A stretch of 64,000 nucleotides of DNA from Parcubacteria group bacterium. GTDB taxonomy: Bacteria > Patescibacteriota > Minisyncoccia > JACPHC01. How positions within the stretch are numbered: the first letter of the stretch is position 1; every line of letters begins with the position of its first letter. The stretch lies in assembly GCA_016188775.1 (NCBI GenBank), contig JACPHC010000007.1, forward strand, positions 28,097-92,096. The letters run 5' to 3'. Positions 38,746-49,689 of this stretch are shown in pieces. Both the position numbers and the translations under genes were made by a program. The notes beneath the pieces were generated by a model, which ran no database searches, was not told where the DNA came from, and worked only from the letters and a program-made list of their open reading frames with translations.

Positions 38746-40842
38746 ATGAAGTTTTCATTTAATTGGTTAAAAGATTTTGTTGATATCAAAATAAGGCCGG
38801 AAAAACTGGCCGAGTTTTTGAATTTGCGTTTGGCCGAAACTTTGGCGGAAAAACACGGAAAAGATTATATTTTTGACATTTCTATTTTGCCCAACAGAGC
38901 CCATGACGCGCTTTCGCATATTGGCATGGCCAGAGAAATCAGCGCTATCATCAATTCCCAATTTCAAATTCCCAATTCTAAATTCCAGGAAGATAAAAAA
39001 TTAAAAACAAAAGATTATTTGGATTTAAAAATTGAAAACGCGAAATTTTGTCCTCGTTATATCGGTCGGGTTATTGACAACGTTAAAGTCGGTCCGTCGC
39101 CAAAATGGCTTAAAGGAAGAATTGAAGCGGTCGGCTTAAGATCTATTAATAACATTGTTGACGCGACTAATTATGTGATGCTTGAAACCGGCCAACCTCT
39201 TCATGTTTTTGATTTTGATAAACTTGAAAAGAATAAAGGACGAGTCGTGATTTTCGTTCGTAATGCCAAAAAAGGAGAAAAAATAACAACTCTTGACAAA
39301 GAAAAGTATGAATTGGACGAAAGTGTTTTAATGATTGCCGACGCCCAAGAACCGATCGCCATTGCCGGCATCAAAGGCGGGAAAAAAGCCGAGATAGACG
39401 TCAAGACTCGCAGAGTGGTTTTGGAGGCGGCAAATTTTGATCCGGTTTCCATTCGAAGATCGTCAAAGAAATTAAATCTTGGCACTGACGCCTCTTTGCG
39501 TTTTGGGCAGGGGATTTCTCCGGAATTGGTTAAAATAGCCGAGGAGCGGGCTTCGGCCTTGATTCAAGAGATTGGCGGCGGGAAGATATTTAAGGGCGTT
39601 AAAGATTTTTATCCCAAAAAACAAGCGAAAGTTTTCGTCGGCTTGGAGTTGGATTGGCTGGAAAAATTTTTGGGAGTTAAAATTCCGGAGAGCGACGTAA
39701 AGAAAATTTTAAAATCGCTGGGCTTTAAATTAAAGCCTTTGAATAAAAATAAAATTTTGGTTGAAGCGCCGTTTTGGAGAGTTTTTGACACTAAAGAGCC
39801 GCCGGATTTGGCCGAAGAAATCGGTCGCGTTTGGGGTTATGAAAAAATTCCGGAAACACCGGCCCGAGCCGCTTTAACTTTGCCTAAAACTAACGAATTT
39901 AGAGATTTAGAAAATAGGATTGAAAAAAATCTTTTAGGAATGGGTTTTAGCCAGGTCTTGACTTATTCATTTCATGTTTTTTCAGCGGATAAATTAAGAG
40001 AGTTGGGAGAAAATCTTGCCGATCATTTAGCGGTTCAAAATCCGACCAGTCCGGAGAGAACTTGGCTTCGCGATAGTCTTATTTTAAATATAGTCGAGGC
40101 GGCTTCCCGGAATTTAAAAAATTTCGATGAAGTTCGTCTTTTTGAAATTGGGAAAATTTATAAATCCAACGGCGAAAAAACCATGCTGACCGGCATTTTA
40201 GCTTCTAAAAAAACATCAATCCAAAACAATGAATTTTTTGAGCTCAAAGGCGTTGCTAGCGGCTTGATGGAAAGTTTGGGAGCGGAAGATGTTTGGTATG
40301 ACGACTCAAGTCCGACGCCCTATGATTCTAATGCCTCGCTTTGGCATCCTTATCGAATGGCTGAAATCAAGATTGGGCCGGCCGATAAAAAATCCGAAAA
40401 AATTCGCGAGCATAAGGAAGAGGTCGGATTTTTGGGCGAGATTAATCCTCGGATTCTGGAAAAATTAGACATCAAAGAACGCGTGGCTGTTTTTGACATT
40501 GATCTGGAAAAGCTGGGAAAATTGATCCAAAAAGAATTTTATTTTGAGCCGTTTTCCAAATACCCGGCCGTGCGGCGCGATTTGTCAGTTTTGACGCCGA
40601 ACAATACCCGATTGGAAGACGTCCTTTATATTATTGAGACGGCTGGCGGCAGTCTTTTATTCGATCTTGATGTTTTTGATATTTATGAAGGCCCGGAACT
40701 GCCGGAAGGCAAAATCAATTTCGCTTTTCGTTTAGTTTTCCAATCTTTTGAAAAAACACTGACCGCCGATGAAATTGATGAGAAGATGAAAATAATTATC
40801 AAGGCTCTAGAAAAAAATCCCGAATGGGAAGTGAGAAAGTAA
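38746..40842 (+). CDS. pheT: phenylalanine--tRNA ligase beta subunit
   Basis: Begins MKFSFNWLKDFVDIK, the usual PheT N-terminus; B3/4 and B5 domains and an FDX-ACB C-terminus. The listed ORF starts 30 nt earlier, at 38716. Confidence 0.85.
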   Translation: MKFSFNWLKDFVDIKIRPEKLAEFLNLRLAETLAEKHGKDYIFDISILPNRAHDALSHIGMAREISAIINSQFQIPNSKFQEDKKLKTKDYLDLKIENAKFCPRYIGRVIDNVKVGPSPKWLKGRIEAVGLRSINNIVDATNYVMLETGQPLHVFDFDKLEKNKGRVVIFVRNAKKGEKITTLDKEKYELDESVLMIADAQEPIAIAGIKGGKKAEIDVKTRRVVLEAANFDPVSIRRSSKKLNLGTDASLRFGQGISPELVKIAEERASALIQEIGGGKIFKGVKDFYPKKQAKVFVGLELDWLEKFLGVKIPESDVKKILKSLGFKLKPLNKNKILVEAPFWRVFDTKEPPDLAEEIGRVWGYEKIPETPARAALTLPKTNEFRDLENRIEKNLLGMGFSQVLTYSFHVFSADKLRELGENLADHLAVQNPTSPERTWLRDSLILNIVEAASRNLKNFDEVRLFEIGKIYKSNGEKTMLTGILASKKTSIQNNEFFELKGVASGLMESLGAEDVWYDDSSPTPYDSNASLWHPYRMAEIKIGPADKKSEKIREHKEEVGFLGEINPRILEKLDIKERVAVFDIDLEKLGKLIQKEFYFEPFSKYPAVRRDLSVLTPNNTRLEDVLYIIETAGGSLLFDLDVFDIYEGPELPEGKINFAFRLVFQSFEKTLTADEIDEKMKIIIKALEKNPEWEVRK

Positions 40843-42795
<1,953 letters not shown>

Positions 42796-42816
42796 AAAAA
42801 TATTTTAACGCAAATA

Positions 42817-42852
42817 AAAACCGCGTCTTTAAATTTAGACGCGGTCTTTTTT
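42817..42852 (+). terminator. rho-independent terminator after gyrB (ccgcgtct/agacgcgg)
   Basis: 8-bp GC stem followed by TCTTTTTTG. Confidence 0.6.
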
Positions 42853-42872
42853 GTTTTATTATGTGTTCGTCT

Positions 42873-42919
42873 AGCATTATCACAATGCCGCGTCATCCTG
42901 CGGGTGACGCGGATGCTTT
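42873..42919 (-). repeat. GC-hairpin repeat, core copy C, minus orientation
   Basis: agcattatcacaatgccgcgtcatcctgcgggtgacgcggatgcttt. It overlaps the stop codon of the minus-strand peptidase gene. Confidence 0.6.
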
Positions 42920-44483
42920 ATTTAAACATTTCTATCAATTTGACAGGGTCAGTAAGGGCCGTATTGATTCTGACTGCCAGATGTAAATGAGGAGCGTTGG
43001 AATTGCCGGTTGAGCCAACTTTACCGACGATGTCTCCTTTTTTGACAAAATCGCCGATTTTTACCGAAAATTCGGATTGATGGAGATAAAAAGAAAATAT
43101 TCCGGCGCCGTGATCAATTACCGTGATATTGCCTTCAAGAAAATAATCATAGCCGAGATGGACTATGTGTCCGGCGGCAATGGCTTTAATCGGATAACCC
43201 GCCGGAGCCCGAAAGTCAGTTCCGTGATGAAGTCGAGATTTTTTATTTTTTGGATTGACTCTTTGCTGGCCGAATGGGCTTGTAATTTGACCGATATCCG
43301 CTTGTTTTTCAACCGGCCAATCAAATCCGTCGAGCCAATAATTTTCAGGGCTTTGATTTTGATAAGCTAATATTAATTCTCTATGCTCTTTTTCAATTCT
43401 CGCGTTTTCTTCGTCTGTCCAGTTCCTTCGATTCCATTGCTGACTGACGCTTTTTTTGAATTTACCCTTTTTGACGTTGATGATTTTTTCTTCAATGGGC
43501 CCGTCATTGCCTTTCTGATAAATCGCGAGCGGATAATCGCCCGGCGCCAAATAAAGATCAATGCCAACAAGGGCGTATGTTTTACTGTCTTTTTTAAAAA
43601 AGACAAGATTATATTTTTTCTCTTGAACCGTCAGAAATCCCTCCAGATCGTTCGGATCAACCTCGCTTTTTAAAGGAATTATTACAGGATCGCCTTGGAA
43701 AGCCGAACCGGAGTGGATATTGTTTGAATTCGCGGAAACATCAATGACTATCCTCTGTTTTTCTTTTAGCCAAAGTATATTTTCATTTTCGGAACATTTC
43801 GGATTAATAAATTCGCAAAGTTTTTTCGCGTCTTCTTTAAATAAGCGAATACAGCCGTGCGAGGCCGGATAGCCGGGAAGGTCGCCGCTATGAAGCCAGT
43901 AAGCGATGCCTTGCTCGTCAATGAAAAACATTGATGCGTAGGGCATCGGAATCGCGTTTTCCTCCGCGTCTTTGTAGACAGAGGAAAAATGGTCGCGATG
44001 AAAAGCCAGTGTTTCAAATAAACCAGTCGGAGTTTCACAGTTTTTTATTTTTTTAGTTTTTTCGTCTTGGCAACTTAATCGTCCTGAACTGATGGGAGCG
44101 GAAAAAATTAGTTTTCCTTTTTCGTAAGCTCCCAGCCATTGCTCTTCCAAATTGACTAAAATGGATTTTTCCAATTTTTTTCTTTCTTCAATCCTTTCCT
44201 TAATAAAAGGCGGCATTGGCTCGTAATTTTTAGCCTCCTCTATGTTTTTGGGCGCTTTAATTCTGTCCCCGGAGATTAAATGATTTTTGTCCATCCTGTT
44301 GAAGCGCGCCACCCAAGGCCATTCATTTTTAAATAACTTATAAAATGAATCCCCGGGCCCAACTCGATAATAGCTCCAAGCAATATTATTTTGCGAAGGA
44401 TAAATTGGCAATTCTCGAGCTGAAACTGCGTTTCCATTTAGCCACAAACCGATTAAAAATCCAACGGCGATTTTAAAAAACAT
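42918..44483 (-). CDS. bifunctional cell-wall enzyme: L,D-transpeptidase (YkuD) domain plus a C-terminal M23 metallopeptidase
   Basis: YkuD catalytic SHGCIRL; M23 HxxxD / HLH motifs (HHGTDF...APHLHLAV); signal peptide. Confidence 0.8.
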   Translation of the reverse strand: MFFKIAVGFLIGLWLNGNAVSARELPIYPSQNNIAWSYYRVGPGDSFYKLFKNEWPWVARFNRMDKNHLISGDRIKAPKNIEEAKNYEPMPPFIKERIEERKKLEKSILVNLEEQWLGAYEKGKLIFSAPISSGRLSCQDEKTKKIKNCETPTGLFETLAFHRDHFSSVYKDAEENAIPMPYASMFFIDEQGIAYWLHSGDLPGYPASHGCIRLFKEDAKKLCEFINPKCSENENILWLKEKQRIVIDVSANSNNIHSGSAFQGDPVIIPLKSEVDPNDLEGFLTVQEKKYNLVFFKKDSKTYALVGIDLYLAPGDYPLAIYQKGNDGPIEEKIINVKKGKFKKSVSQQWNRRNWTDEENARIEKEHRELILAYQNQSPENYWLDGFDWPVEKQADIGQITSPFGQQRVNPKNKKSRLHHGTDFRAPAGYPIKAIAAGHIVHLGYDYFLEGNITVIDHGAGIFSFYLHQSEFSVKIGDFVKKGDIVGKVGSTGNSNAPHLHLAVRINTALTDPVKLIEMFK

Positions 44484-44578
44484 TTTTAAGCCCTCCTTGT
44501 AAAGAACTGTAAATAAGATTATTATATGATTAGTTTTTTCGCAAGCCTACTTATTGGTTCTTTAAAAAGGAGATAAAA

Positions 44579-45439
44579 GTGATTAAAAGAATCGCGTTTT
44601 TATTGATTATTTTTTTATTTTTCGGCCTAAAAGAATCTTTTTCTTTGCCGAATTTGCCCGAGGAAATATTTTTTGCCGGCCAAAAAATTGATCTTGAAAA
44701 AACCCGATATTTAAAAGAAAGAGTGGAAGCCGAATTTTATGATTATTTACAAGACAAAGAGAGCGTTTTAACAGCTAAAAGAGCCGGCCGATATTTTCCA
44801 ATTTTTGAAAAAGCTCTAGCCGAAGCCGGTCTTGACGAAGATTGGAAATATTTAGCCATAACCGAGAGCAATTTGAAGCCAATGGCCGGGTCCATGGCCA
44901 ATGCCAGCGGTCTTTGGCAATTTATTCCTTCAACAGGAAAACGTTTTGGTTTAAAAATCAACGCGATTATTGATGAACGTTATGATCCGGTTTTGGCGAG
45001 CGAGGCCGCGGTAAAATATATCAAAGAACTTCTTTCCCTATTTAATAATGATATTTTTTTGGCTATGGCTGGCTATAACGCCGGTGAAAATAATATTACC
45101 AACGCTTTAAAACAGCAGGGGATAAAAGATTTTTGGTCGCTTTATTATAGAAATAAAAATTATCCACACAATGAAACGTTGCGATACGTTCCCAGAGTTA
45201 TTGCGGCAAAAATAATTTTTTCCGATATCGATCGTTATTTCGGCTTATCCGAAAGTGAGCTTTACAAGCCATTTGAATTTAACGAAATATCCGTGGAAGT
45301 TAAGGAAAAATTAAAATCTTTGGTTGAAATAGCTAAAGAGCATAGCAGCGCTTTATTGGATTTAAAAACTTTAAATCCTCAAATAAAAACCGATTATCTT
45401 CCTCGCGGAAAATATAAAATAAAATTTCCCGTGAAATAA
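44579..45439 (+). CDS. lytic transglycosylase (SLT domain)
   Basis: Catalytic ES...GLWQF and AGYNAG motifs; signal peptide. Confidence 0.8.
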   Translation: MIKRIAFLLIIFLFFGLKESFSLPNLPEEIFFAGQKIDLEKTRYLKERVEAEFYDYLQDKESVLTAKRAGRYFPIFEKALAEAGLDEDWKYLAITESNLKPMAGSMANASGLWQFIPSTGKRFGLKINAIIDERYDPVLASEAAVKYIKELLSLFNNDIFLAMAGYNAGENNITNALKQQGIKDFWSLYYRNKNYPHNETLRYVPRVIAAKIIFSDIDRYFGLSESELYKPFEFNEISVEVKEKLKSLVEIAKEHSSALLDLKTLNPQIKTDYLPRGKYKIKFPVK

Positions 45440-45440
45440 A

Positions 45441-45468
45441 CCCGTTCTATTTTTAGGACGGGTTTTGT
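45441..45468 (+). terminator. rho-independent terminator after the transglycosylase gene
   Basis: cccgtt/gacggg stem followed by a T-tract. Confidence 0.45.
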
Positions 45469-45513
45469 GTTAGAATAAAGAAAAAGAATATTATTGTCTT
45501 TAAAGTCAAAAAA

Positions 45514-45912
45514 ATGGAAAAAATAATAATCCAAACAAAAAAATTTAAAGAGATCGTTGATTTAACCGATTTAATCAATAAAAAGATTCAAGAAGATAAA
45601 TTTGAAGAGGGGCTTTGTCATTTGTTTTTGCTTCACACAACCGCGGCTTTAACTTGCGCGGATTTGGATCCGGGAACGGATTTGGATATGTTTGACGCTT
45701 TTGAAGCAATAATGCCGAAATTAAAATATCGCCATTCGCATAATCCGGCTCACACGCCCGATCACATTCTTTCGGCCATGATTGGAGTTTCGCTTTTCGT
45801 TCCCGTTAGAGACGGAAATTTAGAGCTTGGCGAATGGCAAAGAGCGGTCTTGATAGAGCTTGACGGGCCGCGCGAAAGAGAAGTTGCCATCTCTTACGTT
45901 AAAACATTTTAA
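45514..45912 (+). CDS. YjbQ/UPF0047 family protein (secondary thiamine-phosphate synthase-like)
   Basis: HTTAALTCADLDPG...HNPAHTPDHILSAMIG family pattern. Confidence 0.7.
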   Translation: MEKIIIQTKKFKEIVDLTDLINKKIQEDKFEEGLCHLFLLHTTAALTCADLDPGTDLDMFDAFEAIMPKLKYRHSHNPAHTPDHILSAMIGVSLFVPVRDGNLELGEWQRAVLIELDGPREREVAISYVKTF

Positions 45913-45983
45913 TATATTAACCCCGTTAGAAATTATAATGCTGATTTCGCGGAGAGAGATATTAAATATCGAGTTAAAAAAAT

Positions 45984-47282
45984 ATGGAAATACAAAAGCA
46001 AAAAATTTCTAATGGGGTGAAAGAAATTATTTCCGAATTTGAATCTCCGATGCACAAAATCGCCAAAGAGCAGTTCGAAGAAGCGGCTGAAATTTTAAAC
46101 TTGGATCCGAATTTAAGAGACCGGCTAAAAAAGCCCGCTCGGGCTTTGGTGGTTTCTGTTCCCATTAAAATGGATAACGGCCGAGTGGAAGTTTTTCAGG
46201 GTTATCGGGTTCAGCATGATAGTGTTCTGGGGCCGACCAAGGGCGGAATTCGGTATCACCCCGATGTTAATTTAGGCGAAGTGGCGGCTTTGGCGATGTG
46301 GATGACTTGGAAGTGCGCTTTAGTCGGGCTTCCTTATGGCGGAGCCAAAGGAGGTATTCGGGTTGATCCTAATAAATTATCCATAAACGAACTGGAACGG
46401 CTGACCAGAAGGTTTACCGCTGAAATTTTTCCGTTGATCGGTCCGACTCAAGATATTCCGGCTCCGGACGTCGGCACTAACGATCAAATAATGGCTTGGA
46501 TGATGGATACTTATTCCCAGCAAATCGGTTATTCCGTGCCCGGCGTTGTCACCGGCAAGCCGATTTCCATCGGCGGCACTTACGGCCGGCCTGAAGCCAC
46601 GGGTCAGGGTTTGGTTTATGTGATTTTGGAAACTTTGAAAAATATGAAAATTTCGCCCAAAAATTCAACGGCCGTTATTCAGGGATTTGGCAATGTTGGA
46701 GAAAATGTAGCTCGGCTTTTGAGCGAACAAGGCGTTAAAATAATAGCCGTCTCGGACATCCAAGGCGGTATTTATAATAAAAGAGGGCTTAATATTAGCG
46801 AGGTTATAAAATATAAAGAAAAAAATAAAATTTTGCGAGGTTTTCCCAACGCTCAAAATATCACCAACGATGAATTATTGGAACTTTCAGCGACTATTCT
46901 TTGTCCGGCCGCCCTTTCCGGAGTCATTACTGAAAAAAACGCCGATAAAATTAAAGCAAAAGTATTAGTCGAAGGAGCCAATGGTCCGACAACCCCTGGG
47001 GCGGATAAAATTTTAAATAAAAAGAATATATTTATTATTCCGGACATTCTTGCCAATTCCGGCGGCGTGATTGTTTCTTATTTTGAATGGGTGCAGGACA
47101 TCGAGTCGTATTTTTGGGATATAGAGGAAATTAACAAGAAATTGTTTAAAATTATTACCTCGGCGTTTTATCGGGTTTGGGATTTTTCTAAAAAGAAAAA
47201 AGTTTCAATGCGCCAAGCCGCGTTAATGTCTGGCATAAATAAAATCGCCGAAGCGCATAAATTAAGAGGGCTTTATCCCTAA
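45984..47282 (+). CDS. gdhA: glutamate dehydrogenase (Glu/Leu/Phe/Val dehydrogenase family)
   Basis: Catalytic GGAKGGI and NAD(P)-binding GFGNVG. Confidence 0.9.
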   Translation: MEIQKQKISNGVKEIISEFESPMHKIAKEQFEEAAEILNLDPNLRDRLKKPARALVVSVPIKMDNGRVEVFQGYRVQHDSVLGPTKGGIRYHPDVNLGEVAALAMWMTWKCALVGLPYGGAKGGIRVDPNKLSINELERLTRRFTAEIFPLIGPTQDIPAPDVGTNDQIMAWMMDTYSQQIGYSVPGVVTGKPISIGGTYGRPEATGQGLVYVILETLKNMKISPKNSTAVIQGFGNVGENVARLLSEQGVKIIAVSDIQGGIYNKRGLNISEVIKYKEKNKILRGFPNAQNITNDELLELSATILCPAALSGVITEKNADKIKAKVLVEGANGPTTPGADKILNKKNIFIIPDILANSGGVIVSYFEWVQDIESYFWDIEEINKKLFKIITSAFYRVWDFSKKKKVSMRQAALMSGINKIAEAHKLRGLYP

Positions 47283-47288
47283 AAATCA

Positions 47289-47322
47289 AAAACTCCGCAA
47301 AAGCGGAGTTTTTGATTTTTAC
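47289..47322. terminator. bidirectional terminator (aaaactccgc/gcggagtttt) between the convergent gdh and 47335 genes
   Basis: 10-bp stem with T/A tracts on both sides. Confidence 0.55.
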
Positions 47323-47334
47323 TTTTTCTATCTG

Positions 47335-47760
47335 TTAATTGGCTTTTACGTCATCTCCAGCGCTGTCAGCTTTGCCGGTGGCAGGAGGCTTACAGGCGCC
47401 ATTATCTGTTTTGAAAGTATTCCAAGCTGATTTTCTAGAAACGCTTAATATTTGAGTGGCGCTCTTTCTTGAATCTCTCCATTTTTTCCAGGCGTCTTTG
47501 CGAGCGGTTTTTACTTCGCCCACGGTTGATTTACCCCAGGCGGCCACTAAATCAGTCTTAAGAGTGGTGCGAGCTGTTTTTACGGCCGCGGTCCAAACGT
47601 CATAACTAGTCATGAGCGCGTCCTCGCGCTTGGTAACCGCGGTTTGCATGCAAGTTTGCTGATCCGTTGTTAAGGTATCCGTGTCTGAAACCGCTAAAGC
47701 GGGAATGACTCCGGTAAACATCCAAATTAAGGCAGTTAATGATGCGATTATTTTTTTCAT
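47335..47760 (-). CDS. small secreted protein (hypothetical)
   Basis: Signal peptide; 141 aa; two cysteines. Confidence 0.4.
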   Translation of the reverse strand: MKKIIASLTALIWMFTGVIPALAVSDTDTLTTDQQTCMQTAVTKREDALMTSYDVWTAAVKTARTTLKTDLVAAWGKSTVGEVKTARKDAWKKWRDSRKSATQILSVSRKSAWNTFKTDNGACKPPATGKADSAGDDVKAN

Positions 47761-47817
47761 GGTTTTAAATTAATATTAAATCAATAATTCGACCTTTTAA
47801 ACTAATCATATTATATT

Positions 47818-48531
47818 TTAAAGCATATTACCTTTTTCCGCAATTTCTTGAAAGAGTTTATAAACTTCTTTTAGCTGGGTTTTTAATGAATCTATGGCTA
47901 TTTTTATTTCTGGCAATTTTTTATTTGAAAGATTTTTTTCAGCGTCACTATTTTCAATTGAGTTTTTCAATGCAATCACCTGATTTTTGATGGAAGCGAT
48001 TTTAGTGTTCGCGCTATTAAGAATTATTTCCAAGCTCGTTACGTCTTTTCCGTTATTTTTAAGCTCCGAGATTTTATTTTTAATTTTTTCGTTTCTAGTT
48101 TCAGCGTTATCGATAATGTTTTTTTCAAATTTTTCAATTAAAGGAAGCAATTGCGATTTTCTTGTTTGTGGAATATTTTTCCGATACTTTTTTAATTCTC
48201 CGGATATTTTTTTTAGATCTTCTTCTGATTTAACCGATTCGATTTTAATAGCGAGCGGCCTTGCGAGTATCTCATTAATTTGATTAAGCTGCTCTTTTCG
48301 ATTTTCAAAGATTTGTTTTTCAATATCTGGCAATTTTTTTATGGAGTTTTTTTCTTTTTCTTGTTTTAGCCTGCTGAAATTTTTTCTTTTTTCACGAAAT
48401 TTATCAAAAACGTCTTGAAAAAAGAGCCGCGCTTTAATTTCTGGTTTTTTAGCTGACGCGGAAACGGTGGATATTCCGATTATTATTAAAATCAAGACCG
48501 TAATTATTATGAATTTTTTTAAATTTTTCAT
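47818..48531 (-). CDS. secreted coiled-coil protein (hypothetical)
   Basis: Signal/anchor sequence; heptad-rich region; 237 aa. Confidence 0.4.
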   Translation of the reverse strand: MKNLKKFIIITVLILIIIGISTVSASAKKPEIKARLFFQDVFDKFREKRKNFSRLKQEKEKNSIKKLPDIEKQIFENRKEQLNQINEILARPLAIKIESVKSEEDLKKISGELKKYRKNIPQTRKSQLLPLIEKFEKNIIDNAETRNEKIKNKISELKNNGKDVTSLEIILNSANTKIASIKNQVIALKNSIENSDAEKNLSNKKLPEIKIAIDSLKTQLKEVYKLFQEIAEKGNML

Positions 48532-48554
48532 AATTTTTTACTTATTTATCAAAA

Positions 48555-49079
48555 TTAAAATTCTGATAATGCTAGATCAATTTCTTGCATAGCCGCTTCT
48601 TTTGAGAAAAAATCGTCTAAATCTGAATCAAAATTGTTTATTTTTTTTGATTCCGATTGAATCATGGCAAGTTCAAAAACATCCGTTTTTTGAGTCCTGA
48701 AATTAAAAACTGTCAAAGCCAAAAGAATTATAAGCGCGATTCCGGTTGGAAAAAAAATTAGTCGATTGGAGAGGATAGATCTAAATGATTTTGAAAATTT
48801 TTGAAGAGAGAACTTAAAAAGATAACGAATATCTTTTTTGTTTGTGACATTTTCTGATGATAAAGAGATGGAGGCGAGGATTTCGGATAAAAGTTGTTTC
48901 GGCGGAGCGATGTTATCTCTTTGTTTTTTAATCAGCCGCACAATTTCAAAATTTTCTTTGAGATAATCTTTGTCGTCCGGGAAAATTCTCAAAATTTCCG
49001 GAATGGTTTTCCCTTTTTCAATCAATCCAAAAGCTTTATTTAATATTTTTTCTTTTTTTTCTTGTTCGAATTGATTCAT
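48555..49079 (-). CDS. putative membrane anti-sigma factor
   Basis: Overlaps the stop of the upstream ECF sigma factor gene by 4 nt; single transmembrane helix with a cytoplasmic N-domain. Confidence 0.4.
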   Translation of the reverse strand: MNQFEQEKKEKILNKAFGLIEKGKTIPEILRIFPDDKDYLKENFEIVRLIKKQRDNIAPPKQLLSEILASISLSSENVTNKKDIRYLFKFSLQKFSKSFRSILSNRLIFFPTGIALIILLALTVFNFRTQKTDVFELAMIQSESKKINNFDSDLDDFFSKEAAMQEIDLALSEF

Positions 49080-49645
49080 ATTAATTTTTTATTTTTCAAA
49101 TATTGGCGAATTGTTTTAAGCGCCCGGCATTGAATTTGCCTGACTGTTTCTTCTTTTTTCCCCAAAATTCCGGCGATTTCTTTATTAGTCAAATCATTAA
49201 TGAATTTTAAAATAATAACCGTTTGCTGTTCTTCTTTCAAAAATTGGATTGCCTGATAAATTATTTTTTGGTCCTCTTTTTCTTTTAATGATTCTTCTAA
49301 TGTCTGACGAGGCGTTTGAAGTATGTCTTGGTTGTTCGTGAGGATTTCTTTTTTCTTTCGCCAATAATCTATTAAAGTGTTTCTTGCTACCGTAAAAAAA
49401 TAGGCAAGCGGCGTTTTATTTTTTTCTTGGAATCTACCGATGGATTTATAAACTTTTATAAAAACATCCTGCGTTAAATCTTCAGTCACGGTTTTATTTT
49501 TTAATCTGAAATAGATATAGCGAAAAACCGGCGTGAAATAGAGACGATATAGATTATCGAAAGCCGTTTTATCGCCTATTTTCGCCATCATCATTAAATT
49601 TTTCGGATCCTCGGTAATTTCTTCTTTAAAAAAACTAATTTTCAT
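49076..49645 (-). CDS. ECF-type RNA polymerase sigma-70 factor
   Basis: Region 2 DLTQDVFIKVYKSIGRF; region 4 HTH LTNKEIAGILGKKEETVRQI. Confidence 0.8.
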   Translation of the reverse strand: MKISFFKEEITEDPKNLMMMAKIGDKTAFDNLYRLYFTPVFRYIYFRLKNKTVTEDLTQDVFIKVYKSIGRFQEKNKTPLAYFFTVARNTLIDYWRKKKEILTNNQDILQTPRQTLEESLKEKEDQKIIYQAIQFLKEEQQTVIILKFINDLTNKEIAGILGKKEETVRQIQCRALKTIRQYLKNKKLI

Positions 49646-49689
49646 GGAAATATAACGAATAAAGTTTCAATACGTGACAGCTAAATCGG